Below are positions 31,181 to 42,177 of a stretch of 64,000 nucleotides of DNA, piece after piece. Every line of letters starts with the position of its first letter. Position 1 is the stretch's first letter. This DNA is from a virus: positions 32,001 to 96,000 of the IMG/VR virus record IMGVR_UViG_3300023184_000029. One strand, written 5' to 3'. Made by a program: the position numbers and the translations under genes. The notes beneath the pieces were generated by a model. The model ran no database searches and was not told the origin of the DNA. It worked only from the letters and a program-made list of their open reading frames with translations.

Positions 31181-31683
31181 AATTATTACTTGTGCTTTTT
31201 CTTTTTCTTAATCGGTTTTGAATGTACCATTTCTTCTAGTCTCATAACATAAGCATCAGTATTAGCGTTTTGTAGAGTTCTATCCATTCTTTCTTGAGAC
31301 TTTTTCTGTTTATATTGTTTAAGCTTAATAGTTATACCGCTAAGACCATAATATGCCATCAATATTGGTGAGGTTAATATAACAAGAAATGTTAATAGGC
31401 CCAACATACATAGTACATAAAACATACCACTGGTTATTAGTTCACATAGCGGAATAATATTATCATCAACAAAACTCATGATTTATACTCATCTAGATTA
31501 AAAGCTTGTTTAAAAGTAACAAAAAGATCATTAGTATGAAGTTCTACTAAAATTGCTAAACCCTCAAGAACATTAACAATCTGATCATTATCTAGTTGAT
31601 AATCGGAGATATTCTTTGATATTAATCTAATTTGATCAGAAAAATTTGAAGTATTTAGTATTTGTTCTTCCAGTTTAAATCTA

Positions 31684-31878
31684 TCACTCATTATATTGTT
31701 CCTTTACATAGTCTCCTAAAAAATTGTATAAGTCATTAAGTTGCTCTCTGTTCAACCTTAATTCGTATCTTTCATTACTAAAATTAGTTAAACGCAATAG
31801 AAAAGGACGATATTTTAGAAATGGATTAGATACTATCTCTATAAGATCATTGCTTAGGTCCAATGAGTCAATTCTCAT
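31684..31878 (-). CDS. small protein, divergent member of the LxxLADFI family
   Basis: C-terminal LNREQLNDLYNFL. Confidence 0.5.
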   Translation of the reverse strand: MRIDSLDLSNDLIEIVSNPFLKYRPFLLRLTNFSNERYELRLNREQLNDLYNFLGDYVKEQYNE

Positions 31879-31880
31879 AA

Positions 31881-32339
31881 CTAATTATCCTTTTCCCACG
31901 GGAATATAATCCACCCATCCTCTATATCCCTATCTATAGTTCTTGCTCTATAATCAATCTTAAAACTCTGAGACTTATTAAATATTAATGAGCAAGTTTT
32001 TATATGATTAACATCAAATCCTTTTGCTATAAATTCTATGATGATTTTTGATAATGTTCCTCCGCTATCACATATATCATCCACAATAAGGATATTACGA
32101 TCTTTAGAGAGTTCTTCTACTTCATAAAGTCTAACTTCATTATCATTACTATCTCTAAGCTGACAACTCATCATAATTAGAGGTTTATTTAAAGTATGAC
32201 TAATCTTAACAGCTGGAATTAATCCTCCCCTTTTAACACCAACCACATAATCAGGCATCCACTTATCAACATATAGTTGCCGTATAATATATAGAATATC
32301 ATGATCAAAGTTATCCCAAGTATAAAATAGTCTGTTCAT
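31881..32339 (-). CDS. type I phosphoribosyltransferase (Gpt/Hpt-like)
   Basis: VVGVKRGGLIPA, ILIVDDICDSGGTL, WIIFPWE. Confidence 0.88.
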   Translation of the reverse strand: MNRLFYTWDNFDHDILYIIRQLYVDKWMPDYVVGVKRGGLIPAVKISHTLNKPLIMMSCQLRDSNDNEVRLYEVEELSKDRNILIVDDICDSGGTLSKIIIEFIAKGFDVNHIKTCSLIFNKSQSFKIDYRARTIDRDIEDGWIIFPWEKDN

Positions 32340-32343
32340 TATT

Positions 32344-32784
32344 TTACGCATTTGAATTCCTACAGCTATCACAAAGAGTAGTTATCCAACCGCCCTTATT
32401 AGGGTAGCCTTTATTTCCGCAAACTTCACAAATCTTATAACTCATGGCTTCTGCCATGCTAACTAAACCTTCTATATATTCATCACCACCACTAAAATAG
32501 ACTCTAAGACCACCAAACTTTTCTTTGATTTGATCAAATTTAACGGGAAAATATTCCGGCAATCCTTTGAGTTTTTCTGGATTATTTTTTTCTAGATATT
32601 TTTTATTATCTTCTATACTATTTTCATGTTGAACAATCATCCAACAAAGAGATGACAATATATCATGCCAACCGTTTCCGCAATCACAGCCCCATGACAT
32701 ACAGCTACTTTGAATACCTTTATCTTTATTTATAAAGAGATTAGGATATTTTTCAAACAGTTGATTTTGTAATTCTTGATCCAT
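32344..32784 (-). CDS. conserved hypothetical phage protein
   Basis: CG.GW, QIKEKFGGLRVY, CEVCG..LCDSC. Confidence 0.7.
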   Translation of the reverse strand: MDQELQNQLFEKYPNLFINKDKGIQSSCMSWGCDCGNGWHDILSSLCWMIVQHENSIEDNKKYLEKNNPEKLKGLPEYFPVKFDQIKEKFGGLRVYFSGGDEYIEGLVSMAEAMSYKICEVCGNKGYPNKGGWITTLCDSCRNSNA

Positions 32785-32791
32785 AATTTCC

Positions 32792-33184
32792 TCAGTGAAT
32801 ATGGCAGTTACTAGTAAAAATTATACCTCGTTTTTGGGGCGGGTCAATAGGTTTATCAAACTTAATAATGTCTGATACTACCCATCCATATTTAGGCTTA
32901 TTATCATTCCACCCATAGTCTTTGTTGTCTTCTTCTACTTTGTGTCTTTGATAATCATCAATCCATGATTGTTTGTCAGGATAAGAGAAAGAATGACTAA
33001 AAGTAATAATTCCGATAATGCGACTTTTAAACTTCCCTTTCTTGCCGGGAGTTTCTATGAGTGCCAAAGGCTCCCCATTATACTTGTCAGGAAGCTGATA
33101 CGTTCTCGTTTCAACGGTTTTCAAGCCATTAATTAAAAGAATACTCCACGGGGCTTGAACATTTAAACCACTCAAACTATTCAC
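32792..33184 (-). CDS. ASCH/PUA-like domain protein
   Basis: LNVQAPWSILLINGLKTVETR; YGWV. Confidence 0.8.
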   Translation of the reverse strand: MNSLSGLNVQAPWSILLINGLKTVETRTYQLPDKYNGEPLALIETPGKKGKFKSRIIGIITFSHSFSYPDKQSWIDDYQRHKVEEDNKDYGWNDNKPKYGWVVSDIIKFDKPIDPPQKRGIIFTSNCHIH

Positions 33185-33416
33185 AGTTTTCTTTCATCCA
33201 CAAACGGTTCAACTTAATATAGTTCATAATATAATTAGCCGCATTATTTACACTATCTTTAGACTCATAATGGGTCTGTAGCATATTTTTAACAACATAC
33301 TTTTCATCGTCTGTCATCAAACCATCTTTACCAAATCCACCATATTCATCACTAATATAGTCTGCCACAAGATTGGTATACTTTTCAAGTTTCATAAGTG
33401 TTCTCCTTGTAGTGCA

Positions 33417-33445
33417 AGTATATCACTCTTATCGGCCTTTGTCAA
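33417..33445 (-). promoter_or_regulatory. sigma70-type promoter with GCCGATA
   Basis: TTGACA-17-TATACT. Confidence 0.75.
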
Positions 33446-33507
33446 GACGAACCTTGAGAATCCCTGATTCTGAAAAAATATTTCAAACCTTTCTGTTAGT
33501 ACTGCGT

Positions 33508-34224
33508 CTATTTAAACTTAATAGACTGAATATCTATATATGTTAAATGCCAATTTAAATAAATACTATTCTTTATCTCTTGATATCCTATGTATTTTTC
33601 TAATCCTGCAAGTATGTTATTATCAGAAATATTTCTTAAATCAAATAATAGCCTACAATAATTAATCATATCATTTTTTGAATTAAAGACCCAAGGACAT
33701 TCTATATCAGAAATACCTAATACTGATAAACTTTCGGGAAATTGTATATCGTGCCAATTATAGTATAATCCTTTATGTTCACCCGTTGAAGTATATTGAC
33801 CAATAAAATTATCTAAAAATAAAGAAATATTACTGTTCAATGAAACATCTGCTAAATGAATTAAACCTTCATTTTTTATGTGTAATGAAATATTTTTTAA
33901 AAAAGAATCTAATTTTTCTATATGATGTATAGAAGCCAAGCATACAATTCTATCAACATTAGGAATATCCCACTTTTCATATGGAGAAACTACTGATATA
34001 TTATTAATAGATTCAGAAAAGTCTAATGACAATACTGTACTATCTTCTGGACAATATTTTTTTAAATATCCTCCTAGAGATGGTATGTCTAATATTATTT
34101 CATTATTTTTTACAGGATATCTAGAAAAAAGTTGATAAAATTCTTGATCCCTAGCATTAGGATACAGACTCATTGCCAAATCATAAGACTGTCCTCTATG
34201 TCTAAAAATATTACTATATTCCAT
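33508..34224 (-). CDS. class I SAM-dependent methyltransferase
   Basis: ILDIPSLGGYL, DRIVCLASIHH, LKNISLHIKNEG. Confidence 0.75.
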   Translation of the reverse strand: MEYSNIFRHRGQSYDLAMSLYPNARDQEFYQLFSRYPVKNNEIILDIPSLGGYLKKYCPEDSTVLSLDFSESINNISVVSPYEKWDIPNVDRIVCLASIHHIEKLDSFLKNISLHIKNEGLIHLADVSLNSNISLFLDNFIGQYTSTGEHKGLYYNWHDIQFPESLSVLGISDIECPWVFNSKNDMINYCRLLFDLRNISDNNILAGLEKYIGYQEIKNSIYLNWHLTYIDIQSIKFK

Positions 34225-34226
34225 AT

Positions 34227-34667
34227 TTATATACTCTGATCCCAGATAACCATAACAATATTTTCTTGAGTTGGAATAACTAATTCAGCCCCAGAAAACT
34301 TTTGTGGAAAATGTTGTGCATATTTCATGCCGTCTAATTTTTTAAGAAATACTCTACATACTATTTTATTAGCAAGTTTTAGAAGATGGTCAATAAGTTC
34401 TATACCAGCAAGATTTAATATTCCGTCGCCAATAATCACAGAGGATTTTTGATCTAATTTTCCCCAATCGGACTGAATAACAGGTTTATTTTGTGGTATT
34501 GGATTAATATCAACCATAAAATCACATAAGGGAATCAACTCTTTTGTCATTCCCAATAAACAAACTGGACTTATTCCGCTTGTATGAAGTTTAAATAATT
34601 CTACTTCATATTCATTTGGAGATAAAGGAGGTTTAAGATTTTGCCAATGCTGAGTATCTTGTATCAT
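34227..34667 (-). CDS. hypothetical protein (possible degenerate methyltransferase fold)
   Basis: Middle gene of a three-gene block; LLGMTKEL, IIGDG. Confidence 0.6.
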   Translation of the reverse strand: MIQDTQHWQNLKPPLSPNEYEVELFKLHTSGISPVCLLGMTKELIPLCDFMVDINPIPQNKPVIQSDWGKLDQKSSVIIGDGILNLAGIELIDHLLKLANKIVCRVFLKKLDGMKYAQHFPQKFSGAELVIPTQENIVMVIWDQSI

Positions 34668-34668
34668 T

Positions 34669-35328
34669 TTATTTTTGACTTTTGATCGTATTAAGTTCTA
34701 TACAAGTTTTACATTTTCCACATTCTTTAAATATATCCTTATCACTAATAATAGGAGTCCTACAACTCCAAGTCATGTTTCTTAGTTCTGTAGGAATAGT
34801 ATTATATATCTCTGCTTTTGTTAAATGTTCAACAGGATATACTTTTTCAACATTTGGAACAAATAGTTTCAATATTTGTGTTCCCCTAATAGCTCTTTCT
34901 TCTATATCTGCACCCATATCAGATTTTGTGCGACCTACAGCAATTTTTTTAATATTAGGTAAACACTTACAAATAGAAGCCGCAATAAAATTGTATATAT
35001 CACTATCAAACATAAAATTTTGATTAATAACTATAGCATCCGCCGTTTCTGTTAAATACGAATAAAAAGGATATTCATGATAACTTTGACTATATTTAAC
35101 TTTGTATGATTGAGATACATACGAAAGAATATTTCTAACAGACCGCTGCTCCGCTTCTGCTCTTTGTTCTTTATTCAGAAGATATAAATGATGTAGATGT
35201 ATTTTGTTCTCTTTGTTCTGCAATAATTGCCATAAAGCCCCAGTAGAATCTAATCCACCAGAAAACATCAGTAATATATTTGAATCATCAATATCTATAT
35301 TTTGTTTTTTTAATATATCTTCTATCAT
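34669..35328 (-). CDS. QueC-like PP-loop ATPase
   Basis: LMFSGGLDST; TWSCRTP..CGKCKTC zinc site. Confidence 0.75.
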   Translation of the reverse strand: MIEDILKKQNIDIDDSNILLMFSGGLDSTGALWQLLQNKENKIHLHHLYLLNKEQRAEAEQRSVRNILSYVSQSYKVKYSQSYHEYPFYSYLTETADAIVINQNFMFDSDIYNFIAASICKCLPNIKKIAVGRTKSDMGADIEERAIRGTQILKLFVPNVEKVYPVEHLTKAEIYNTIPTELRNMTWSCRTPIISDKDIFKECGKCKTCIELNTIKSQK

Positions 35329-35391
35329 TAGTTATATTCTTTCATTCATCTTTAGTAATATTATATCTAAGCTCTAATTATGTGATAATAA

Positions 35392-36078
35392 CTATACAAA
35401 CTTTTCTAAAGTTATTATACCATCTTTTATCCCTAAATAAGTGCAGGTTTTTTCTGTCCAACATCCACTATTAGCATACCATACAGAATGGTTTTTATCA
35501 AGTAAAGGATAATGAGTATGGCCCAAACAAACACAATCAATTTGTTTACCTATTGAATAGTTTCTGGATTTTTCCATCATATTCTCATTACATCTTAAAT
35601 AAGTCTTTGAGCGATGTTTAATAAATTTGGGCAAAAATCTTTTATCAAGTCTCTGAATTGTTCTATACATAAAATCTGCTACTCTTGTAGTATTAGGATA
35701 TTTATATATAAAATCGTCAAATTGATCTCCATGCAAGCACAAGAAGTTTTTATCTCCACTAGAAAAGATATACTCATTCTTAAAATCTAATCCTATTAGA
35801 TGAGATATGTTTTCAGCATCTCCATCATGGTTCCCTCTTATCCAGACTATTTCTACATATTTACTCATTCGTCGTAATAAAGACAATATTTTCCAATGAT
35901 TTTTCTTTATTCTACGAAAATCTAGGTTATCAAAAAAATCCCCATTAATAATCAATTTATTTGTTTTAGTATAAACTAATCCTAAAAAAGCATATAATTG
36001 TTTGCTCTCACAAACACTACTTCCTAAATGAGTATCGCTTATTATTATTGCATCCAGCAATTTTGAATTTTTGGTCAT
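35392..36078 (-). CDS. LpxH-like metallophosphoesterase
   Basis: ISDTHLG, GDFFD, GNHD, HGD, GHTH, NSGCW. Confidence 0.85.
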   Translation of the reverse strand: MTKNSKLLDAIIISDTHLGSSVCESKQLYAFLGLVYTKTNKLIINGDFFDNLDFRRIKKNHWKILSLLRRMSKYVEIVWIRGNHDGDAENISHLIGLDFKNEYIFSSGDKNFLCLHGDQFDDFIYKYPNTTRVADFMYRTIQRLDKRFLPKFIKHRSKTYLRCNENMMEKSRNYSIGKQIDCVCLGHTHYPLLDKNHSVWYANSGCWTEKTCTYLGIKDGIITLEKFV

Positions 36079-36447
36079 TTTCTCAATACTTTAGAGTAAT
36101 TTAACCCCTTGATACTCTAAAATACACTAATTTAGTAGTGAATATAATTCTCAATATTCATTTCTTTTCCCCAATAGTTTCATATTCTTGTATCCAAGCA
36201 TTATAAACATCTTTAGCCTGTTGATGAGTATCACAAGAATAAATTATCCTAAATTTATGAAGATCAACTTCCCTAACAATATCGTTACCGTCTATTTCTT
36301 CATTAAACTGAGGAAGCCCCAATAGTTCTATCCAAGTTTTTTGTGTCACTATAGATTCTTCAGACAAAAGTATATCTTCTTCTAGTTCGTTTGGAATATA
36401 TAGTGGGGGCCATCTCCATGAACGAGATGAAATAAAATCTTGATTAT

Positions 36448-36681
36448 TCATTGATTATGCTCCAAATACTTATATATAAAATCGGCCAGACCTTTTAATT
36501 CTTCCCTACTAATTGGTGGATGAGCATAATTTTTAGTACAGCCTAACATTAAGCCATAATTATCAATAAACATCATGCCTTTATGAAATAGATGAAGATT
36601 AAAAGAGTCTGCTCTAAATGTACTCTTGTTTGATAAATTTTTATTTTCCATTAAAACAACTCCCCATATCCATTCCACCAA
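36448..36681 (-). CDS. small protein, LxGLADFI family
   Basis: C-terminal ISREELKGLADFIYKYLE. Confidence 0.65.
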   Translation of the reverse strand: MVEWIWGVVLMENKNLSNKSTFRADSFNLHLFHKGMMFIDNYGLMLGCTKNYAHPPISREELKGLADFIYKYLEHNQ

Positions 36682-36739
36682 TCATAAATACGAATACTAG
36701 CCATATAGCCAAGAATAGCAAACAATACAAGACCAGCCA

Positions 36740-36949
36740 TTAGTTATTCTCCAAATTTTTATTAAGAAAATCGGCCAAACCCTTTAACTTATCTTTAGTC
36801 ACTTGAAAGGCAACACTCTTATCATTTCGATCATTATAAATCGAAACATAACAAGAATTTCCATTCGTTACCATTTCCACACTAATATCCTTATCAATAT
36901 CATAATGAGCAGGATTAACTGTTTGCATATAATAATCTCTATCAACCAT
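36740..36949 (-). CDS. small protein, LxGLADFI family
   Basis: C-terminal VTKDKLKGLADFLNKNLE. Confidence 0.7.
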   Translation of the reverse strand: MVDRDYYMQTVNPAHYDIDKDISVEMVTNGNSCYVSIYNDRNDKSVAFQVTKDKLKGLADFLNKNLENN

Positions 36950-37155
36950 TAGTTATTTTCTCCTAGAAAGCTTTTAATAAAGTTCCCCAATCCCCTTAAC
37001 TCATCCTTGGTCATTCTAACAGCTAGATATTCCCAACTAATAACATTACTAACATCAAACTTGACCATATTTTCCGACAGCATTTCAATATCAAATCGGG
37101 TAACATCAGCCTTATAAAAGTCTTTCATCACAATACTCATTAAAGATTCTCCCAA
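36949..37155 (-). CDS. small protein, LxGLADFI family
   Basis: C-terminal MTKDELRGLGNFIKSFLG. Confidence 0.65.
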   Translation of the reverse strand: MGESLMSIVMKDFYKADVTRFDIEMLSENMVKFDVSNVISWEYLAVRMTKDELRGLGNFIKSFLGENN

Positions 37156-37544
37156 TTTTTGTCAATAATATTTGCAATAGTCTTAAATTTTCGCCCAAAA
37201 TCATTTACATCAGCAAGATTATTATTAATACCATCGGTATCAGTAAACTTACCGTCGTGACTTTTCATACCAGCCCATTTTCTTACTTTTTCTGGTAACA
37301 TATCAGTGCTATTACCAAATCTTACAAAACCAAAACTATAATCGTAGCAACCTTTCACAGTTTTGACCGGAATGGTTTTCTTGTGATTCTTTTTCATTTC
37401 ATCATTATACAACTCACAAAGAACCCCAAGGCAACAATGCTGGGCCTGCTCCCTGTTATTAAATTGCTTGAGAGTTCCCACCCCTTGTTTAAACTTGCCA
37501 GAACAAAGAGCCTTAACCCACTTTTTCATAATGTTATTTTTCAT
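37140..37544 (-). CDS. hypothetical protein, paralog of 26632-27057
   Basis: Shared motifs. Confidence 0.75.
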   Translation of the reverse strand: MKNNIMKKWVKALCSGKFKQGVGTLKQFNNREQAQHCCLGVLCELYNDEMKKNHKKTIPVKTVKGCYDYSFGFVRFGNSTDMLPEKVRKWAGMKSHDGKFTDTDGINNNLADVNDFGRKFKTIANIIDKNWENL

Positions 37545-37828
37545 TTATTTATCCTTTCAATAATACCAGATCTCCCAAGAGCAATTCTTACCCCCAGTTT
37601 CTTATCATAATTATCATTTCTGCTACAAAGAGCAACTCCCTCAAAATGAAATCCATTAGGACTATCAATAATGATATGAGTTGATCCACCCTTAGTATCT
37701 GGCTCAAGTGGAGAGGAGCCAATAATAACTGAAGGATTAGCAGTTTGCCACTTAAATCTGCCCATATAAAGTCGATTATGAAGAACCTTTACCTTAAAAC
37801 CTTTATTACGAAGTTCTTGAACGGTCAT
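37541..37828 (-). CDS. conserved hypothetical phage protein
   Basis: GVALCS.NDNYDKKLGVRIALGR. Confidence 0.65.
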   Translation of the reverse strand: MTVQELRNKGFKVKVLHNRLYMGRFKWQTANPSVIIGSSPLEPDTKGGSTHIIIDSPNGFHFEGVALCSRNDNYDKKLGVRIALGRSGIIERINK

Positions 37829-39138
37829 TATTTATTCTCCCATAATGGATATTGTTTTTCATTCTTATCTAATTGATCGGCCAATTTTGCCACTTCTCTT
37901 TCGCTCCATCCTGTAAAATAACCCCTCATAAATATTTGGGTTAATTGATTACGGTCTTTTTCATGCTCATAATATTTTTGTACAGCCTCTATCCAAGTTT
38001 TTGTTGCTAATTATAGGGGATTTTCAGTCATTACTTATTCTCAACATCAAAGTCCAAAAGGTCGGGATTAATAAGGTCAGTCATATAGTCTTTAATTAAA
38101 CCATGCAGAGAATCGTCATCTACCGCTGTAACCCAAATATCCTCTATAATCTTATCAACAAGATCACAAACATCTTTAAAGTTATTGCGATCTAAGTTTA
38201 CAAACTCTTGTTTGACGTTAACTGCCACTAGTTATTCTCCAAAACTATTTGTTTAAAAATATTGATTTGTACTAAAACATCCCAAAAACTATATCCATAG
38301 CCCTCTTGCAATCTCAAATCTTCTCCATAAAAAATATTATAACAATATCTGTTATCATAACGATAGATGCTAATCTTCATTTATTTGTTTCTTTAAATTT
38401 GAATTGACCATATAAAGACTCAAACATATGATTAACCACTATGCCAGCAATATTATTAATGCTATTTTTTGGATCAGCCATTACCCCAATTAACAAATGA
38501 AATTCGTGTTTATGAAGGGGGTCCAACTGAATTAGTAATGATCCATTCCTCATTCTGTTAAAGTGAAAATCTTTATACTCTGAACAGATATACTTTAATA
38601 CTCTTGCGTGATATTTCTTATAATCTGCTTTACTATCAAATTTTTCATTCATAGTTTTTACCAACCGATTATCCTATCTATAAATGTCGCACATTGCATA
38701 GTGGCTATGAAATATAGTAAATAATACTCCCATCGTGGAATAGTTATCATTTCTTTTCCTCGTAAGGATTAAATCCTGTAAGTTGGTAATAAAAAGAAAA
38801 TAATCTTTGTATACGACTGTTGGCGTCATCATAGATTTTCCAACCATTTTCTGTATCAGTATCTATAGTGTCCTTATAGTCTTGAACACAACTAATAGCA
38901 TAAGCAATATCTTCAGCTAGTGTTGGTCTAATCATTATTTTTCCCCATCACAATATTGATGCTCAGAGTATTCTTCCAACCATTCATGAAAAGCATTATT
39001 AGCATCAAGATAGTTGTCAAAATAGGCGATCTTTTTAAACTTGTGAGTTTCAGTTTGTCTAAGAATTAATCGCCCCCAAACAAGTTCATTACCTTGAGGA
39101 ACTCCATAAAGTTCCATTTTAGTTTGTGGTCTGTTCAT

Positions 39139-39408
39139 TTATTTTTCCCCAATAGTCTCATAAATAAAATCCGCCAATGCTAGTAATTCTTCTTTTGTGG
39201 TTGGTGGATTGATTACATTATGCTTCTTGTTTGTTCTAAAGACCATACCATACTCATAACTGGTTAAGTTATCAGAATATCCACCAAAACGATCACGCTC
39301 TATAGCAAGATCAAAATATTCACCATCAAAAATATTCTGTTTAGGTATATAGCTACTCATTTCTTCCACCATGCTCAATATCCAACTGATAACTTTCCAG
39401 AGAGTCAA
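39139..39408 (-). CDS. small protein, LxGLADFI family
   Basis: C-terminal TTKEELLALADFIYETIG. Confidence 0.6.
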   Translation of the reverse strand: MTLWKVISWILSMVEEMSSYIPKQNIFDGEYFDLAIERDRFGGYSDNLTSYEYGMVFRTNKKHNVINPPTTKEELLALADFIYETIGEK

Positions 39409-39437
39409 GAATTAGGCCAACTTCATGTTTATCAAGA

Positions 39438-39914
39438 TTAATATTCATTATTCTTCATCCTATTATTTATTAGATTCATTCCAAAAATCTTGTGATTAAT
39501 TCCCATTGTTCGTTTTTCTGGTATAAAAAAGTCTTTATCAAGACGGAAATTATAGTCTGTAATAAGTTTGTTTATTATTAGATTCATTACTATAAATGGA
39601 GATACATTAAAACTATCACTATCTAACCAATTAACATTGGTGGGAATTTCCATAGAGTCTTTAATTCCAAATCCATCAATTGAAAAATACAGATTGAGTT
39701 TTTCAGTACAGGGTACTCCTGTAGTATACAATTCCAAACTATTCAAAGAAGTAATATTACACTTAAAGTCGAGATTATTTATGAATAGTTCAGCAACCCT
39801 TTCTGCTATATCATAACGAATATTAGATGGTTTGACCTTGCCACTAGCAATAAGAGGTAAACTTGATAAACAAGCAAAACTATCTCCTATAAAATTTCTT
39901 CTATTAATACTCAT
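39438..39914 (-). CDS. hypothetical protein with a twin-arginine-like N-terminus
   Basis: MSINRRNFIG. Confidence 0.5.
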   Translation of the reverse strand: MSINRRNFIGDSFACLSSLPLIASGKVKPSNIRYDIAERVAELFINNLDFKCNITSLNSLELYTTGVPCTEKLNLYFSIDGFGIKDSMEIPTNVNWLDSDSFNVSPFIVMNLIINKLITDYNFRLDKDFFIPEKRTMGINHKIFGMNLINNRMKNNEY

Positions 39915-40180
39915 TTCTTTTCTTCTTCAAGAATTTTATAAATAAAATCGGCCATTCCCTTTAGAGTTTCCCTATTCATATCCAATATATAATCATTAAG
40001 AATATCGCCATTATCCCAAAAGTCCACCCTAAACATCTCCCCATTCTTTAGAGAGATTTTATCTATGATTAAAGATAGATCATGATCAATTTGATATTGA
40101 TTTTTGGATTGATGACCATTTTTGATATTAGATTTATAGTTCTTGTTTGATTTAGTATTCATTTCTGGCTCATTTCCCAC
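39911..40180 (-). CDS. small protein, LxGLADFI family
   Basis: C-terminal MNRETLKGMADFIYKILE. Confidence 0.6.
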   Translation of the reverse strand: MGNEPEMNTKSNKNYKSNIKNGHQSKNQYQIDHDLSLIIDKISLKNGEMFRVDFWDNGDILNDYILDMNRETLKGMADFIYKILEEEKK

Positions 40181-40445
40181 TAAAGACTATTTGATTTCTA
40201 TCTTGATGGGCTAGTTTCCCACCAATATGCCTCATCATAATGTGGGCATTAGTATAGTTTGGGTTGTCTTTGTGTTGTTTTTCGGTCAAAAACCATCCTA
40301 AAACTTGGTGCAAAATTTCTAGTTCCTTATCAGTCAGTTGAATCGTCTTATACATCTTTTTCAGCCTAAAATTAAACTTTTTACCCGTATCAGTACCAAC
40401 AGTATACCATACAACTCCATAGTGTCAAGTATCGACAAAAGGGGA

Positions 40446-40474
40446 TTGACAACTTTAGCCAAGTCTGGTAGAAT
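40446..40474 (+). promoter_or_regulatory. plus-strand sigma70 promoter with no downstream ORF of 60 aa or more
   Basis: TTGACA-17-TAGAAT. Confidence 0.55.
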
Positions 40475-41460
40475 TAGACTTGTGAGAATCCTTAAATTTC
40501 ACCACCGGATAAGATAATAAGTAAATTTTAATTGATTAATGTGAAAAATAGGACGTATAAGCTAAGAATACTCTTATTCGGCGTTGATCTGGGATTCTTG
40601 AGAGGTATATATGGTGGAATTTGATGTGTTAAATATCTCTTTTTTCATTAAAAAATGCACAGAAACCATAGAAACTATTGTAATTAGACCCACAAATACT
40701 AGTTCTTTGATAAAAGGCACATGAAATTCATTAATTTTGATTTTGGTCATAATTATCGTCCTCATAAAGATAATCTTGTAAATAGCTAACTAATGCCCAA
40801 TGTAGTATGGTGCAGGAAAGAATAATCTGTGGGCCATATAAAATTAAAGGATCATTATTAAGCATTATAATAGTCCACAATTCTGCTAAAAATATATGAC
40901 AGTACTATGATTCCTAAAATACTAATTATTAGTCGGGATAGATCATCATGTATGTATGTTGGTAGTAGTGGTTTGCTTACTACTGTATTCTGAAAAAATA
41001 AAGTTATCATTTCTTATATCCATTAATATCTCTGGAACTTGATCCATTAGGATCATAATAACTTATAAGAATAGAAAAAGCAATAATACTAATTATTATT
41101 AAGGATCCAACAACTATGGCTAAAATTTGAGTAATAGTCATTTTATTTTGGGGGCGGATTATTATGGTCTATAAAAAATTTATGACAAATATATATTGTT
41201 GTTTCAACTAATATCACAGACAAGACTAGAAAACCTAAAAGATTAAGTATCTGAACCATAACCAAAAGCCTTTTTAATTAGACCAAAAAAATAATTTGTT
41301 TTACTTTCTGGTTTTATAATATCTTCTGTACTTTTTAAAGTGGGGGATTCATTATTACAATTTCTCTTACATTTTTCCCCACAACTCTTTTTGGGGGTTG
41401 TTTTCTTTTTGGGCTTAGAAGAATCAGACTTGGGTTTCTTTTTATTCATATTTAATTCTC

Positions 41461-41506
41461 GCTGACTATAACCACTTAAACCAAATCTGCTGGTTTAGGT
41501 GGGACT
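41461..41506. repeat. repeat family R2, copy 1
   Basis: GCTGACTAT..CCAAATCTG..GTTTAG..GGAC. Confidence 0.6.
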
Positions 41507-41730
41507 ATGATGTTCTAACAATAAAATATTATCTACACTATGATTAACTTTTTTTATTTCTAAACTAATAAAACTATCTGATACATCAGGAAAGGATTTC
41601 TGGAATTTAGTCACTAAATTTTGTACCTGAGAGCATATAAGATCACATGATATTTGTTTATCTAGTCTTATAAAGTATTTTTGACTGACTGTATCCATAA
41701 AATCCAACCCTGAATGATCAGGTAAAACAA

Positions 41731-42057
41731 TCACCTATATCTTACACAAGCATACCATCCACTCCTACCTTTAGCTACTCCTATTTCTACTGGAGTCTTT
41801 TGTCCCCAGTAACAACAGTTTCTAATAGCAGCATCAGAACTTACACTACTAAAACCAACTCCTTCATATCCATTATTTCCACCACAATGCCCCATGCTAT
41901 TTCGGCGGGCCTGAATTTCGGCAACACCTTGAGCAGATGATGTTGATGGTTGATATGAGGAATAGGAGTAATATTTACCCTGACTATAAACTATATTCTG
42001 ACTATAACCAACTGAAGAACAAAAGCATAATGCCACCAATAGTACTAATCTAATCAT
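41731..42057 (-). CDS. small secreted cysteine-rich protein
   Basis: Signal peptide; MGHCGG..EGVG..IRNCCYWG..GWYACVRY. Confidence 0.7.
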   Translation of the reverse strand: MIRLVLLVALCFCSSVGYSQNIVYSQGKYYSYSSYQPSTSSAQGVAEIQARRNSMGHCGGNNGYEGVGFSSVSSDAAIRNCCYWGQKTPVEIGVAKGRSGWYACVRYR

Positions 42058-42177
42058 AAAAGTTCCTCCTTGAATAAAATAATCCTAGATAAGAAAAGAC
42101 CCCTAATCTTATGAGTTACCGTATTCGCTATTCAGCACGGGTTCATAAAATAGGGGCTATCTTTTCCTTTATATTAA

